In this document: positions 43,612 through 52,835 of the stretch, one piece after another | Layout of the letters: each line of letters begins with the position of its first letter | How positions within the stretch are numbered: position 1 is the first letter of the stretch | From: Thermodesulfobacteriota bacterium | Lineage (GTDB): Bacteria; Desulfobacterota_D; UBA1144; Nemesobacterales; Mycalebacteriaceae | Length of the DNA: 64,000 nucleotides | NCBI GenBank assembly: GCA_965205855.1 | Contig: OZ242184.1 | Coordinates: 256,001-320,000, forward strand | Direction: 5' to 3' | The notes under the pieces: model-generated | Database searches by the model: none | What the model was told of the DNA's origin: nothing | The model's input: the letters and a program-made list of their open reading frames with translations, nothing else | Translations under genes and position numbers: made by a program

Positions 43612-44802
43612 ATGAAAGACCTGACCCCCGAGGAGCAAATTGAGATTATCAGGAGGGGAGCCGACAGTGTGGTTTCCGAATCCGAGTTACTTGAAAAATT
43701 GCGTGCTTCGCGGCCTTTGCGCGTAAAAGCCGGATTTGACCCGACCGCGCCGGACCTTCATCTTGGGCACTGTGTTCTTTTGAAAAAACTCAGGGATTTT
43801 CAGGACCTTGGCCATACGGTTGTTTTCCTCATAGGCGATTTCACAGCGCAGATAGGCGACCCCAGCGGCAGGACAGATGAAAGGCCCGTTCTTTCCCCCC
43901 AGCATATAAAAGAAAACGCGCAAACCTACGAAAGTCAGGTTTTTCCGATTCTCATAAAAGAGCAGACCGAGGTGCGTTTCAATTCCGAGTGGCACACGCC
44001 GATGAGTTCCGCCGATGTTCTGAGTCTTGCGGCGATGGCGAATGTGGCGAATTTGCTTGAGCGTGAGGATTTTAAGACCCGTTATAAGGCGGGGACGCCG
44101 ATTTCAATAAAGGAGTTTCTCTATCCGCTCATTCAGGCATATGATTCGTTCGTTTTGAAAGCCGATGTGGAGGTGGGCGGCACAGACCAGACTTTCAATC
44201 TGCTACTTGGCAGGGAGGTTCAGAAGCGGTTTGGGCAGCCCCGTCAGGCGACCGTCTTTCTTCCAATCCTTGAGGGCCTTGACGGCGTCAATAAGATGTC
44301 AAAATCTCTCGGCAACTACATAGCCGTGAGGGATACGGCGGAAGATATATTTGCAAAAGTGATGTCAATTTCGGATGATTTAATGTGGCGGTATTACGAG
44401 CTTTTGAGCGCGAAAACTCCCGAAAAAATCGCGGAACTGAAAAAAGCGCATCCGATGGACGCGAAGAAAACACTCGCTTTTGAGATTGCCGTGTGGCTTA
44501 CCGATGAGGAAAAGGCTAAGGAAGCCGGTGACGTTTTTGCCGGAAAGTTTTCAAAAAGAGAGTTTCCCGAAAACGCGCCGGAAAAAACGGTTTCGCGCGA
44601 AAAAGCTAAAACCGTTCTTGACCTTGTTGCTGAGGTTTCCGGTGCTCTCAAAAGCCGCGCCAAAGCGAAACGGCTTATTGCGCAGGGCGGGCTTGTTATT
44701 GACGGGGAGAAATTCTCCAAATACGGCGATCCGGTTCCCACCGGGGATGTTCTGGAAGTTAAGATTGGAAAGAAGGAGTTTTTGAGGGTGAAAGTTGTTT
44801 GA
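43612..44802 (+). CDS. tyrS: Tyrosine--tRNA ligase
   Basis: GFDPTAPDLHLGH, GGTDQ, KMSKS, S4 domain. Confidence 0.97.
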   Translation: MKDLTPEEQIEIIRRGADSVVSESELLEKLRASRPLRVKAGFDPTAPDLHLGHCVLLKKLRDFQDLGHTVVFLIGDFTAQIGDPSGRTDERPVLSPQHIKENAQTYESQVFPILIKEQTEVRFNSEWHTPMSSADVLSLAAMANVANLLEREDFKTRYKAGTPISIKEFLYPLIQAYDSFVLKADVEVGGTDQTFNLLLGREVQKRFGQPRQATVFLPILEGLDGVNKMSKSLGNYIAVRDTAEDIFAKVMSISDDLMWRYYELLSAKTPEKIAELKKAHPMDAKKTLAFEIAVWLTDEEKAKEAGDVFAGKFSKREFPENAPEKTVSREKAKTVLDLVAEVSGALKSRAKAKRLIAQGGLVIDGEKFSKYGDPVPTGDVLEVKIGKKEFLRVKVV

Positions 44803-44846
44803 TGGCAATGAGTTATGGGATTTATAGCAATATATAAGCGGTTTGG

Positions 44847-44902
44847 CTTATAATACCTTATACAACCTTATATAATCTTATATTGACTTATATATTGTTA
44901 TA
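44847..44902 (+). repeat. 10-bp-phased CTTATA direct-repeat array overlapping a promoter
   Basis: CTTATA at 44847, 44857, 44867, 44877 and 44887, GTTATA at 44897, and an inverted TATAAG at 44833. TTGACT(44883)-N17-TACTAT(44906) overlaps the array. Confidence 0.8.
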
Positions 44903-44921
44903 CTTTACTATTCAACTTGCG

Positions 44922-46115
44922 ATGGACAAAATAGAAAATCCTTTCTCTCCGGGGGCGGGTTTTCCTCCTCCCGAACTTGTCGGGCGTGAGGATATCCTTG
45001 AGCAAGCCCGTATTCTGTTTGCAAGAGTAAAACTTGGTCGTTCGGAAAAGAGCATGCTTCTCACCGGTCTGCGCGGTGTCGGCAAAACCGTTTTGCTAAA
45101 CCGGATGGAAGTATTATCTAAAAAAAAAGGATACCGTTCGATTTTTATTGAGGCATCGGAAGAGGAGCCGCTTGCCTCTTTGCTTGTTCCTCATTTACGC
45201 AAACTGCTTTTCGATTTGGACAGAATGGTGGGAGCGGACAACAAAGCGCGGCGCGCCCTCGCAGTTTTGAAGAGTTTTATCGGAGCCGTAAAAGTGTCTG
45301 TCGGGGATATTAACATAGGTCTGGACATAGATCCGGAAACAGGGACCGCAGACAGCGGAAACATGGAAACTGATTTGCCGGAGTTGTTCACTGTTATTGC
45401 CGAAGCCGCACATGCGAGACAAACTGCGGTCGCAATTCTTATTGACGAAGTTCAATACCTTAAAAACCCCGAATTTGGCGCGCTGATAATGGCTATGCAC
45501 AAAATGCAGCAACGCCAGTTGCCATTGGTTCTTGTAGGAGCCGGTTTGCCTGTTCTGCCGGGTCTTGCAGGCAACATAAAGTCTTATGCGGAGCGGTTAT
45601 TTGATTTTCCAAATATGGGTGCTTTATCCGAGGAAAATGCGAATACGGCTTTGCGCAAACCGGTTGAAGACAGAGGGGTTAGTTTTGAGCCTGAGGTTTT
45701 GAAAGAAATTTTCAAAAAAGCCTGTGGATACCCATATTTCATTCAAGAGTGGGGTTATCAAGTATGGAATCATGCACAAAAATCGCTCATAACCCTTGAA
45801 GTTGCGTATTCCGCTTCACTAACTGTTATTTGTCGTCTTGATAAAAACTTCTTTCGGGTTCGCTTTAACAGGTTGACCCCGAAAGAAAAGGAGTTTTTGC
45901 GCGCCATGGCTGAAATTGAAGGCGAAAACAAGCGTACAAATTCAGTCGTATCCGCTCTGGGGTTGGAGAGAAGCAGCGATATAAGCCCGACCCGTTCAAA
46001 CTTGATTAACAAAGGTATGATATACAGTCCGTCGCACGGAAATTTGGCTTTTACAGTGCCTCTGTTCGGTGATTTTATGCGGAGGGTTATGCCGGATTTA
46101 GACAGGGAAGGTTGA
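44922..46115 (+). CDS. AAA-family ATP-binding protein with C-terminal winged helix
   Basis: NPFSPGAG...LVGRE, GLRGVGKT, ILIDEVQ, GYPYFIQ, C-terminal RSNLINKGMIY...FTVPLF. Confidence 0.85.
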   Translation: MDKIENPFSPGAGFPPPELVGREDILEQARILFARVKLGRSEKSMLLTGLRGVGKTVLLNRMEVLSKKKGYRSIFIEASEEEPLASLLVPHLRKLLFDLDRMVGADNKARRALAVLKSFIGAVKVSVGDINIGLDIDPETGTADSGNMETDLPELFTVIAEAAHARQTAVAILIDEVQYLKNPEFGALIMAMHKMQQRQLPLVLVGAGLPVLPGLAGNIKSYAERLFDFPNMGALSEENANTALRKPVEDRGVSFEPEVLKEIFKKACGYPYFIQEWGYQVWNHAQKSLITLEVAYSASLTVICRLDKNFFRVRFNRLTPKEKEFLRAMAEIEGENKRTNSVVSALGLERSSDISPTRSNLINKGMIYSPSHGNLAFTVPLFGDFMRRVMPDLDREG

Positions 46116-46118
46116 AAA

Positions 46119-46346
46119 ATGAATGATTTAATACAACGCGGATTGAACGAGCATCTGATTAAGTTTGACAATAATGAAGAACCGACACGCATTACTTACA
46201 TAAATCACGATAAAACGCGCAGATACTCAAACCCTGAAGAGAAAATACAGGCGGAAACTTATATCAAGCTGGTTTTGGATTATAACTATCCGCCGGAACT
46301 TATTGACCTGTTTGTGTCTGTTACTCTTGGTTCCTCAAAAAAATGA
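46119..46346 (+). pseudogene. N-terminal fragment of an HsdR_N-domain restriction-modification protein
   Basis: NPEEKIQAETYIKLVLDYNYPPELIDLFVSVTLGSSKK ends abruptly just before the expected AD(I/V)V nuclease motif. Confidence 0.65.
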
Positions 46347-46831
46347 CCGAAGAGATTTTGTCTGATGCAGGGCGTTTTCGACGTGCTGGTGTCGGTGTGC
46401 ATAAAGGCGGTAAAGTGATTCATGTCGCACCACCGGCAGACCGCGTTCAATCTTTAATGAAAGATTTACTACACTGGCTTAAACGCACTGATGAGCATCC
46501 GTTAATTCGCAGTTGTGTTTTCCATTATGAATTTGAATTTATTCACCCCTTTAGCGATGGCAATGGCAGAATAGGGCGGCTTTGGCAGACGTTGATTTTG
46601 GGGCAATGGCGTCCGCTGTTTTATTCTTTGCCGATTGAAAACACCATTAAAAATAATCAGCAAGCCTACTATAATGCGCTCGCCAGTGCGGATGATAAGG
46701 CTGACAGCAGCGTGTTTATTGAATTTATGTTGGCCATTATTTTGGCCAGCATCAATGCCAGCGACCCAGCTACCGACTCAGATAACGACCCAGCTCAAAA
46801 TCAATCGGTGCATGGGTTTGAAAATGCCTAA
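46343..46831 (+). pseudogene. Internal fragment of a Fic-family protein
   Basis: Intact HPFSDGNGRIGR motif; N-terminal part absent; the C-terminus reads into antisense ttcA. Confidence 0.75.
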
Positions 46832-46967
46832 GAATATCAAACAATGACAACGAATCTTTCCCCCCTGACACCGCCAGCAATACCTTGTCGCCATTTTTAA
46901 TCATTTTAAAATCAGCAATCGCCCTGCCAACTGGTTTGGTTAATAGTTTGGGTAATTTTTTTATCAC
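46770..46967 (-). pseudogene. ttcA: 5' fragment of tRNA 2-thiocytidine synthase TtcA
   Basis: VGRAIADFKMIKNGDKVLLAVSGGKDS...APIDFELG, then truncated; its start overlaps the intI stop. Confidence 0.8.
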
Positions 46968-47944
46968 AACTTATCCAACGGCGAAACCACGCCTTGCCCG
47001 CCTTGACGCAAAACATGGGTGTAAATCATCGTCGTTTGTAAATCACTATGCCCAAGTAAGGCTTGAATCGTACGAATATCCGTACCCGTTTGTAACAAAT
47101 GCGTGGCAAAGGAATGGCGAAAGGTGTGTGCTGAGACTTTTTTATGAATATTGCATTGTTGAACTGCGCGCTTAATTGCCTTGTTAATCACCGATTGATC
47201 CACATGATGGCGCCGTTTGATTTGCGTGCGTGGATCAGTAGCAATATTGCGACTGGAAAACACATATTGCCAATTAAAGGCTTTATCCGCACTAGGATAT
47301 TTCTTCGCCAAGGCATAAGGCAAATACACACTGCCGAAGCCATCCTTAAGGTCTTTGTTATGAATAAGTTTTATTTTTTGTAAATGATTTTTTAAAGGTT
47401 TAGTTAAACTATTTGCAAGCGGCGTCACCCGGTCTTTGCTGCCCTTGCCGTCACGCACCGTGATTTGCCTAAATTCAAAATCAATATCTTGCACTCTAAG
47501 GCGCACCACCTCAGAAATCCTCAGCCCGCCAGCGTACAAAAGTTTCACCATCAACCCGACTGTACCGTCCATTAAAGTCAATACTTGCGCTACTTCTACC
47601 TTGCTTAACACCACAGGAATGCGTGGCTCTTTACGCGAACGCGCGGCATTTACCCCTTCTAATGGTTGCTTTAAAACCTTAGTGTACAAAAACACCAACG
47701 CATTCAGTGCCTGATTTTGTGTACTCGGCGCTACTTTTTGTTGAGTAGCCAAATGTGTTAAAAATCGTTCAACTTGCTCTTCAGCATTTTTAAGTAATGC
47801 AAACCTACTTTGAATGTTTGAAAATTTAACAAATCGCCTGACCCAGTCACAATAAGTATTCTCAGTCCCATAAGCATACCCCTGCCTGCGTAACAAAGTT
47901 CGCATTTCTTCTAACAAGGTCTTTTCTTTGGGTATAATAGCCAT
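46964..47944 (-). CDS. intI: Integron integrase
   Basis: APSTQNQALNAL, GLRISE, RDGKGSKDR, IntI-specific patch DLKDGFGSVYLPYALAKKYP, HTFRHSFATH, LLGHSDLQTTMIY; divergent from an attC array. Confidence 0.96.
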   Translation of the reverse strand: MAIIPKEKTLLEEMRTLLRRQGYAYGTENTYCDWVRRFVKFSNIQSRFALLKNAEEQVERFLTHLATQQKVAPSTQNQALNALVFLYTKVLKQPLEGVNAARSRKEPRIPVVLSKVEVAQVLTLMDGTVGLMVKLLYAGGLRISEVVRLRVQDIDFEFRQITVRDGKGSKDRVTPLANSLTKPLKNHLQKIKLIHNKDLKDGFGSVYLPYALAKKYPSADKAFNWQYVFSSRNIATDPRTQIKRRHHVDQSVINKAIKRAVQQCNIHKKVSAHTFRHSFATHLLQTGTDIRTIQALLGHSDLQTTMIYTHVLRQGGQGVVSPLDKL

Positions 47945-48065
47945 AAATATTAAAAACGTCAAATCAATTATTGACAGGTTTTTATTATAATACCCAATAT
48001 TAGGTTATTGTAGATTTTTTTGATAAAAACTGGGTAAATATGCCTGATTTTGTTTTTAATATAGT

Positions 48066-48102
48066 GTATTAAGGCAATAATGCCTTATACTAATAGTTAT
48101 TC
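48066..48102 (+). other. Putative attI site
   Basis: Last GTT (GTTATTC, 48096) before the first cassette ORF, preceded by an L-box-like GCCTTAT and the inverted repeat TAAGGCA/TGCCTTA. Confidence 0.55.
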
Positions 48103-48131
48103 GTTTTTAACCCTTATAAAATTATGAGATC

Positions 48132-48611
48132 ATGAGAAAAATACTTTCAGTAGCCTTTTTAGCGTTGCTTATGAGCGGTTGTATTCCACAAGTAGGAATT
48201 ATGAATTCAGTTAGTAAATATGATTCATCTGCAAATTTAGTTGACCTTGGGGATTCTAAAGAAGATGTTTTATCCGTACTTTTACCGACTCAAGTGGGGT
48301 TAAGTAAACGTTACAGTAAGGCTCCTGATAAGTTTTTAATGGATGAAAAGAGAGTCGAAATATATTTCTTCAGATCATCGTGGAATTCTGATGGGCTAAC
48401 TACAGATGATGAATTTACGCCATACATTTTTATTGATGACACATTAGTAGCTATTGGTTGGTCTGCCATAGGTGGGCCAAAAACTCAGGCACAAGCGGTA
48501 CCATCTACTTCAAACCCCTCAAGTCGCAGTTCTTCAAGGGAGTCTCAGCAAATTTTAAATCATGGTGCTGGAGGGTGTACTCCAAATTTTTCAACTGGAG
48601 GTTGCCTCTAG
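48132..48611 (+). CDS. Cassette 1: lipoprotein (DUF3192-like)
   Basis: Lipobox LMSGC; SDGLTTDDEFTPYIFIDDTLVAIG. Confidence 0.7.
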   Translation: MRKILSVAFLALLMSGCIPQVGIMNSVSKYDSSANLVDLGDSKEDVLSVLLPTQVGLSKRYSKAPDKFLMDEKRVEIYFFRSSWNSDGLTTDDEFTPYIFIDDTLVAIGWSAIGGPKTQAQAVPSTSNPSSRSSSRESQQILNHGAGGCTPNFSTGGCL

Positions 48612-48625
48612 ATCAAGCCCTAGAA

Positions 48626-49279
48626 GCCTAATCGGGTAAAGGCGAGTATCTAGCTCGCCCTCCCCACACCACCGGACATGCGGGTCCGCATCCGGCGGTT
48701 CGTCAGTCTATCTGTTCTGAGGCTGAGAACAAAACCGAACCGTCATGAGTCGACTTGTCGTTCGTCACGACCTTGGCCTCCCAAGAGATACGATTGTCTC
48801 ACTCCTCATCTGACGTTCAGGCCTTCCTGCAAGACCATCGTCCTGATGGGCTGCAGTACTATGCCGTCTGCTGACTTCTGCCCGATCACAGACGCCATTG
48901 CTGGCACCAGCGCTATGCATTCGCATCGCATGTCGGGCAGATCTCCCCAGATAAGAGCATGAACTGTCACTGCACAACCTTGTCATTTACCCTACCACCT
49001 GAACCAAGTGGACTTCGCTATCTTGTGCTAGCTCGTCCCAGTGGCTGGGCCTTCTATGACATTTCTGTTCGTAGGCTCGCAGTTTTGCGCTCGGGCTTCC
49101 TTCAGACCACCCCTCGCGGAGTTGCCTTTGCCGTCGGCTAGTAGTTATCATTGGTTCATGAAAACACAATGTTGGTTCTCCTACAGGGGACTTTCACCCC
49201 ATAAGTTCATGCCCATGCTGGGCGTACACAAGGCACTCCAGCGGACGGCTTACGCCGCCGCTGAGTTTGGCCGTTAGAG
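48626..49279 (+). other. attC1, interrupted by a group II intron
   Basis: GCCTA (48626-30) plus ACAAGGCACTCCAGCGGACGGCTTACGCCGCCGCTGAGTTTGGCCGTTAGAG (49228-79) rejoin into an attC nearly identical to attC7. Confidence 0.9.
48631..49227 (-). mobile_element. ORF-less group IIC (IIC-attC) intron, 597 nt
   Basis: Bottom strand starts GTACGCCCAGCATGGGC and ends with DV GAACCGCCGGATGCGGACCCGCATGTCCGGTGGTGT (CGC triad) and DVI ...TTTACCCGAT. Inserted at TTGT/T. No RT ORF. Confidence 0.9.
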
Positions 49280-49317
49280 CATGAGCATAATAACGAGCTG
49301 ACGGGAAAACAAACAGC

Positions 49318-50544
49318 ATGGCAAACGAGAACCTTTCAAACGCCAAAAGGGCAAAGAACGACGAGTTCTATACCCAGTACGGTGATATTCAGAAAGAGAT
49401 TGAAGCATACCTGGAATACAACCCCGATGTCTTTCGTGGCAAGGTGGTTTACTGCAATTGCGATGACCCATATGAAAGCAATTTCTTTCGCTATTTCGTG
49501 CTCAATTTCAACAAACTTGGATTGAAACAGCTTATCACCACCAGCTACAAGCCTTCGCCTGTTGCCAACACACAGCTGAATTTGTTTGGCAACGATAAAT
49601 CTCTCTCAAAAACAAAAGGCCGCCCAAAAGTAACAGCCAACAAGTTCATTATCAGTGAAGCGCACGACATAGATGGCGATGGCGAGTTCAATCTAAAGGA
49701 TGTTGCCATACAGTTGAAAGCAAACAAACAAAATGAATGGACACCCCTTGAAGGTGACGGCGACTTTCGCAGCGATGAATGCATTGACCTTCTGACGCAA
49801 TCAGATATTGTCGTGACCAATCCGCCCTTTAGCTTGTATCGACAATTTGTAGCACAGCTGGTTGCCTACAAAAAACAGTTTGTGATCATTGGAAGTAAAA
49901 ACACTATTACATACAAAGAGATATTTCCTCTGATAAAAGCAAACAAAATGTGGGTGGGTACAACCAGTTTTAACAAGGATATGCTGTTTATAGCTCCTTC
50001 AAATGCCGACCTTGGCAAGAAACCCAAAACTGCGATTCGCGTAGTGGATGATGTCACATATTTACGATCACCATCTGTTTGGTTTACCAACCTTGATCAT
50101 GGACGCCGTCATCAGCCATTGCCGCTCATGACGATGGAAGATAACAGAAGGTTTAACACCAAAATTCGGAAAAATGAGAACAGTTATAAGCAGTATGATA
50201 ACTATGAGGGAATAGAGATTCCCTACACTAATGCTATCCTGAGTGATTATGATGGAGTGATGGGAGTGCCCATCAGTTTTCTGGACAAATATTGTCCGGA
50301 ACAGTTTGAAATTTTAGGCGCAACTCAAAGAGGTTGCCACGATGAAGTCCCCGATACAAAAAAATACGACGATTACTGGGAAGTAAGACCGGATGGTACC
50401 AAAACAGGATCGCGCGGCGGGAAAACAAATGAGAATGCCAATTTGGTTGGTAATGATGGGAAGAAGAATTACTTCATTAATGCCAAAGGTAGAATAATTC
50501 AATCCGCCTATCAAAGACTTTTTATTAGGCATAGGAAAGGATAG
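49318..50544 (+). CDS. Cassette 2: adenine-specific DNA methyltransferase, EcoRI family
   Basis: [40 protein letters not shown]. Confidence 0.88.
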   Translation: MANENLSNAKRAKNDEFYTQYGDIQKEIEAYLEYNPDVFRGKVVYCNCDDPYESNFFRYFVLNFNKLGLKQLITTSYKPSPVANTQLNLFGNDKSLSKTKGRPKVTANKFIISEAHDIDGDGEFNLKDVAIQLKANKQNEWTPLEGDGDFRSDECIDLLTQSDIVVTNPPFSLYRQFVAQLVAYKKQFVIIGSKNTITYKEIFPLIKANKMWVGTTSFNKDMLFIAPSNADLGKKPKTAIRVVDDVTYLRSPSVWFTNLDHGRRHQPLPLMTMEDNRRFNTKIRKNENSYKQYDNYEGIEIPYTNAILSDYDGVMGVPISFLDKYCPEQFEILGATQRGCHDEVPDTKKYDDYWEVRPDGTKTGSRGGKTNENANLVGNDGKKNYFINAKGRIIQSAYQRLFIRHRKG

Positions 50545-50545
50545 C

Positions 50546-51715
50546 ATGAAAACAACTCTAGAAACCGACATCACTGTCAAAGAAATTTCCGATGGGTTCG
50601 TCTATAACGAACTCGAAGGGAAAGGACTTTTCGGCCTGTCAGGCAAACTCACGATTCAGCCGGATTATCAGCGTAATTACATCTACGCTTCTGATGGTGG
50701 AAAGAGAGAGATTGCGGTTATTGATTCGATACTCAAAGGCTACCCGATTGGCTTGATTTATTTTAACAAGGTCTCTGAATACAATCTGGAGGTGCTGGAC
50801 GGGCAGCAGCGAATCACCAGTGTGGGACGTTTTGTAACCGACAAATTTGCCATCAAAGACGGCAATGGCATGGAGCAGTACTTCAGCGGAATGGCAAAGG
50901 ACAAGAAGTCCAAGATACTGGGTACCAAGTTGCTCATTTATGAATGCGAAGGATCAGAAAGCGAAATCAAAGAATGGTTTAAGACAATTAATATCGCTGG
51001 AGTCCCACTCAATAATCAAGAGTTGCTAAATGCCGTTTATTCGGGCCCATTTGTGACGCTCGGTAAAGAGGAATTTAGCAATAGCCAGAACGCCAACATC
51101 CAAAAATGGAGCGCGTATATAAAAGGTAATGCTAATCGGCAGAATTTCTTAGAACGTGCGTTGGACTGGGTAAGCAAGGGCAATATCGGCGACTATATGA
51201 GCAGTCATCGCTTTGACAAAAACATCAATGAATTAAAAGTATATTTCAACAGCGTTATCGACTGGGTTTCTAGTGTGTTTACTGATGTTGAAAGTGAGAT
51301 GTGCGGGCTTGAGTGGGGGCGCATGTACGAAAAGTATCACACAAAAGCGTTTAGTCCCGCAAAAGTATCAGCCGAAGTACAGAAGCTTTACGGCGATCCA
51401 TATGTGAACAACCGAAAGGGCATTTTTGAGTATGTCCTTGGCGGATCAACAGACACAAAGTTACTGAATGTTCGAGTTTTCGATGAAGCAACAAAGAAGT
51501 CTGTTCATGCATCTCAAACTAAAAACTCCAAAGCGAAAGATGAATCAAACTGCCCCCTTTGCGCCATTGGACATGATGCCAACAAGAGCAAACTCTGGAA
51601 GTTTGTTGAAATGGATGCTGACCATGTAACCGCATGGAGCAAAGGTGGCGCTACAATTAAAGAGAACTGCGAAATGCTATGCAAAACTCATAATAGAGCA
51701 AAAGGCAATCGATAA
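50546..51715 (+). CDS. Cassette 2: DUF262 + HNH endonuclease (GmrSD-like)
   Basis: [19 protein letters not shown]; C-terminal CPLC...DADH...[10 protein letters not shown]. Confidence 0.88.
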   Translation: MKTTLETDITVKEISDGFVYNELEGKGLFGLSGKLTIQPDYQRNYIYASDGGKREIAVIDSILKGYPIGLIYFNKVSEYNLEVLDGQQRITSVGRFVTDKFAIKDGNGMEQYFSGMAKDKKSKILGTKLLIYECEGSESEIKEWFKTINIAGVPLNNQELLNAVYSGPFVTLGKEEFSNSQNANIQKWSAYIKGNANRQNFLERALDWVSKGNIGDYMSSHRFDKNINELKVYFNSVIDWVSSVFTDVESEMCGLEWGRMYEKYHTKAFSPAKVSAEVQKLYGDPYVNNRKGIFEYVLGGSTDTKLLNVRVFDEATKKSVHASQTKNSKAKDESNCPLCAIGHDANKSKLWKFVEMDADHVTAWSKGGATIKENCEMLCKTHNRAKGNR

Positions 51716-51723
51716 ATCCTCAC

Positions 51724-51794
51724 CCATAACAAGTTGCTGCACGCGGAAAATTACTCGCTTTGCTCCCAATTTTCCGGTGAGCAGGGCGTTAGCC
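51724..51794 (+). other. attC2
   Basis: CCATAAC...GCTGCACGCGGAAAATT/AATTTTCCGGTGAGC...GTTAGCC. Confidence 0.85.
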
Positions 51795-51818
51795 GTCAAA
51801 ACAAAATATCGAGGTTAC

Positions 51819-52835
51819 ATGAGAAAATTCTATAAAACTAAACTAGGCGGCATCTATCATTCTGATTCTGTAAAATATATGGAAACATTGAATGATGGTG
51901 AGGTGAATTTAATTATGACATCTCCACCGTTTGGCCTAGTAAGAAAAAAAGACTATGGAAATGCCGATGCCCATGATTATTTAGATTGGTTTCGTCCATT
52001 TGCAGAGCAATTCAGTAGAATATTAAAAGAGGATGGCTCTCTAGTAATTGATATAGGTGGCGCATGGATAGCTGGGCAACCAACCAGATCACTATATCAT
52101 TACGAATTGATGATAATGCTGTGTCGTGAATATGGCTTCCATTTGGCGCAAGAGTTTTTTTGGTGGAATCCTTCAAAATTACCAACGCCTGCGGAATGGG
52201 TGAATATTCGCCGCATTCGAGTAAAAGATGCTATAAATTGCGTCTGGTGGCTGTCAAAAACTCCGTGGCCAAAGGCCAGTAATCGCAGAGTATTAGTTCC
52301 TTATAGCAAATCAATGAAGGGGCTATTGGAAAATGGTTATAAAGCGAAGTTGCGTCCAAGTGGGCATGATATTAGTGACAAATTCTCTACAGATAATGGC
52401 GCATCAATTCCACCTAATTTAATAGCAATTGCAAATACAGAGAGCAATTCTTCTTATCTTGTAAAGTGTAAAGAATCTGGAATAAAACCCCATCCAGCAA
52501 GATTCCCCGTCGGTCTCCCAGAATATTTCATAAGAATGCTGTCAGATAAAGGAGATTTTGTTCTTGACCCATTTGGCGGCTCTTGCGTAACAGGTGAAGC
52601 AGCAGAAAGGTTAGAACGTAAATGGGCATGTGTAGAATTAGAAAAAGAGTATATTGAAGGAGGAAAACTTCGTTTTCCAGTCAAGCAAATTGAAAGAAAA
52701 ATACCAACATATAGCTTGTCTCACCCTGGGGCTTTATGGAATGGTGTTGATAATGAAGAACCACTGCCAACAGATGGTGGCAAACAAAGACCTAAGAAAA
52801 AAATAAAACAGGGGCATGACAATGCCAGCAGTTAG
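51819..52835 (+). CDS. Cassette 3: beta-class N4-cytosine/N6-adenine DNA methyltransferase
   Basis: TSPPF catalytic motif, HPARFP, LDPFGGS. ATG 51819, since the track start lies upstream of attC2. Confidence 0.9.
   Translation: MRKFYKTKLGGIYHSDSVKYMETLNDGEVNLIMTSPPFGLVRKKDYGNADAHDYLDWFRPFAEQFSRILKEDGSLVIDIGGAWIAGQPTRSLYHYELMIMLCREYGFHLAQEFFWWNPSKLPTPAEWVNIRRIRVKDAINCVWWLSKTPWPKASNRRVLVPYSKSMKGLLENGYKAKLRPSGHDISDKFSTDNGASIPPNLIAIANTESNSSYLVKCKESGIKPHPARFPVGLPEYFIRMLSDKGDFVLDPFGGSCVTGEAAERLERKWACVELEKEYIEGGKLRFPVKQIERKIPTYSLSHPGALWNGVDNEEPLPTDGGKQRPKKKIKQGHDNASS

Noticed and set aside
44847-44902. Repeat array as CRISPR or simple microsatellite
   Set aside because: The unit is only 10 bp with variable 4-nt spacers, and there are no cas genes. 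No CRISPR array was seen anywhere in the window.
47971-47991. TTGACA and TATAAT as the cassette promoter Pc
   Set aside because: The hexamers are only 9 bp apart, so Pc could not be assigned
48030-48045. LexA box upstream of intI (CTGGGTAAATATGCCT)
   Set aside because: The left half fits CTG-N10-CAG but the right half does not; at best degenerate
48678-49277. Short ORFs within the intron as an RT/maturase or cassette genes
   Set aside because: No RT motifs such as YADD; they overlap structured ribozyme domains
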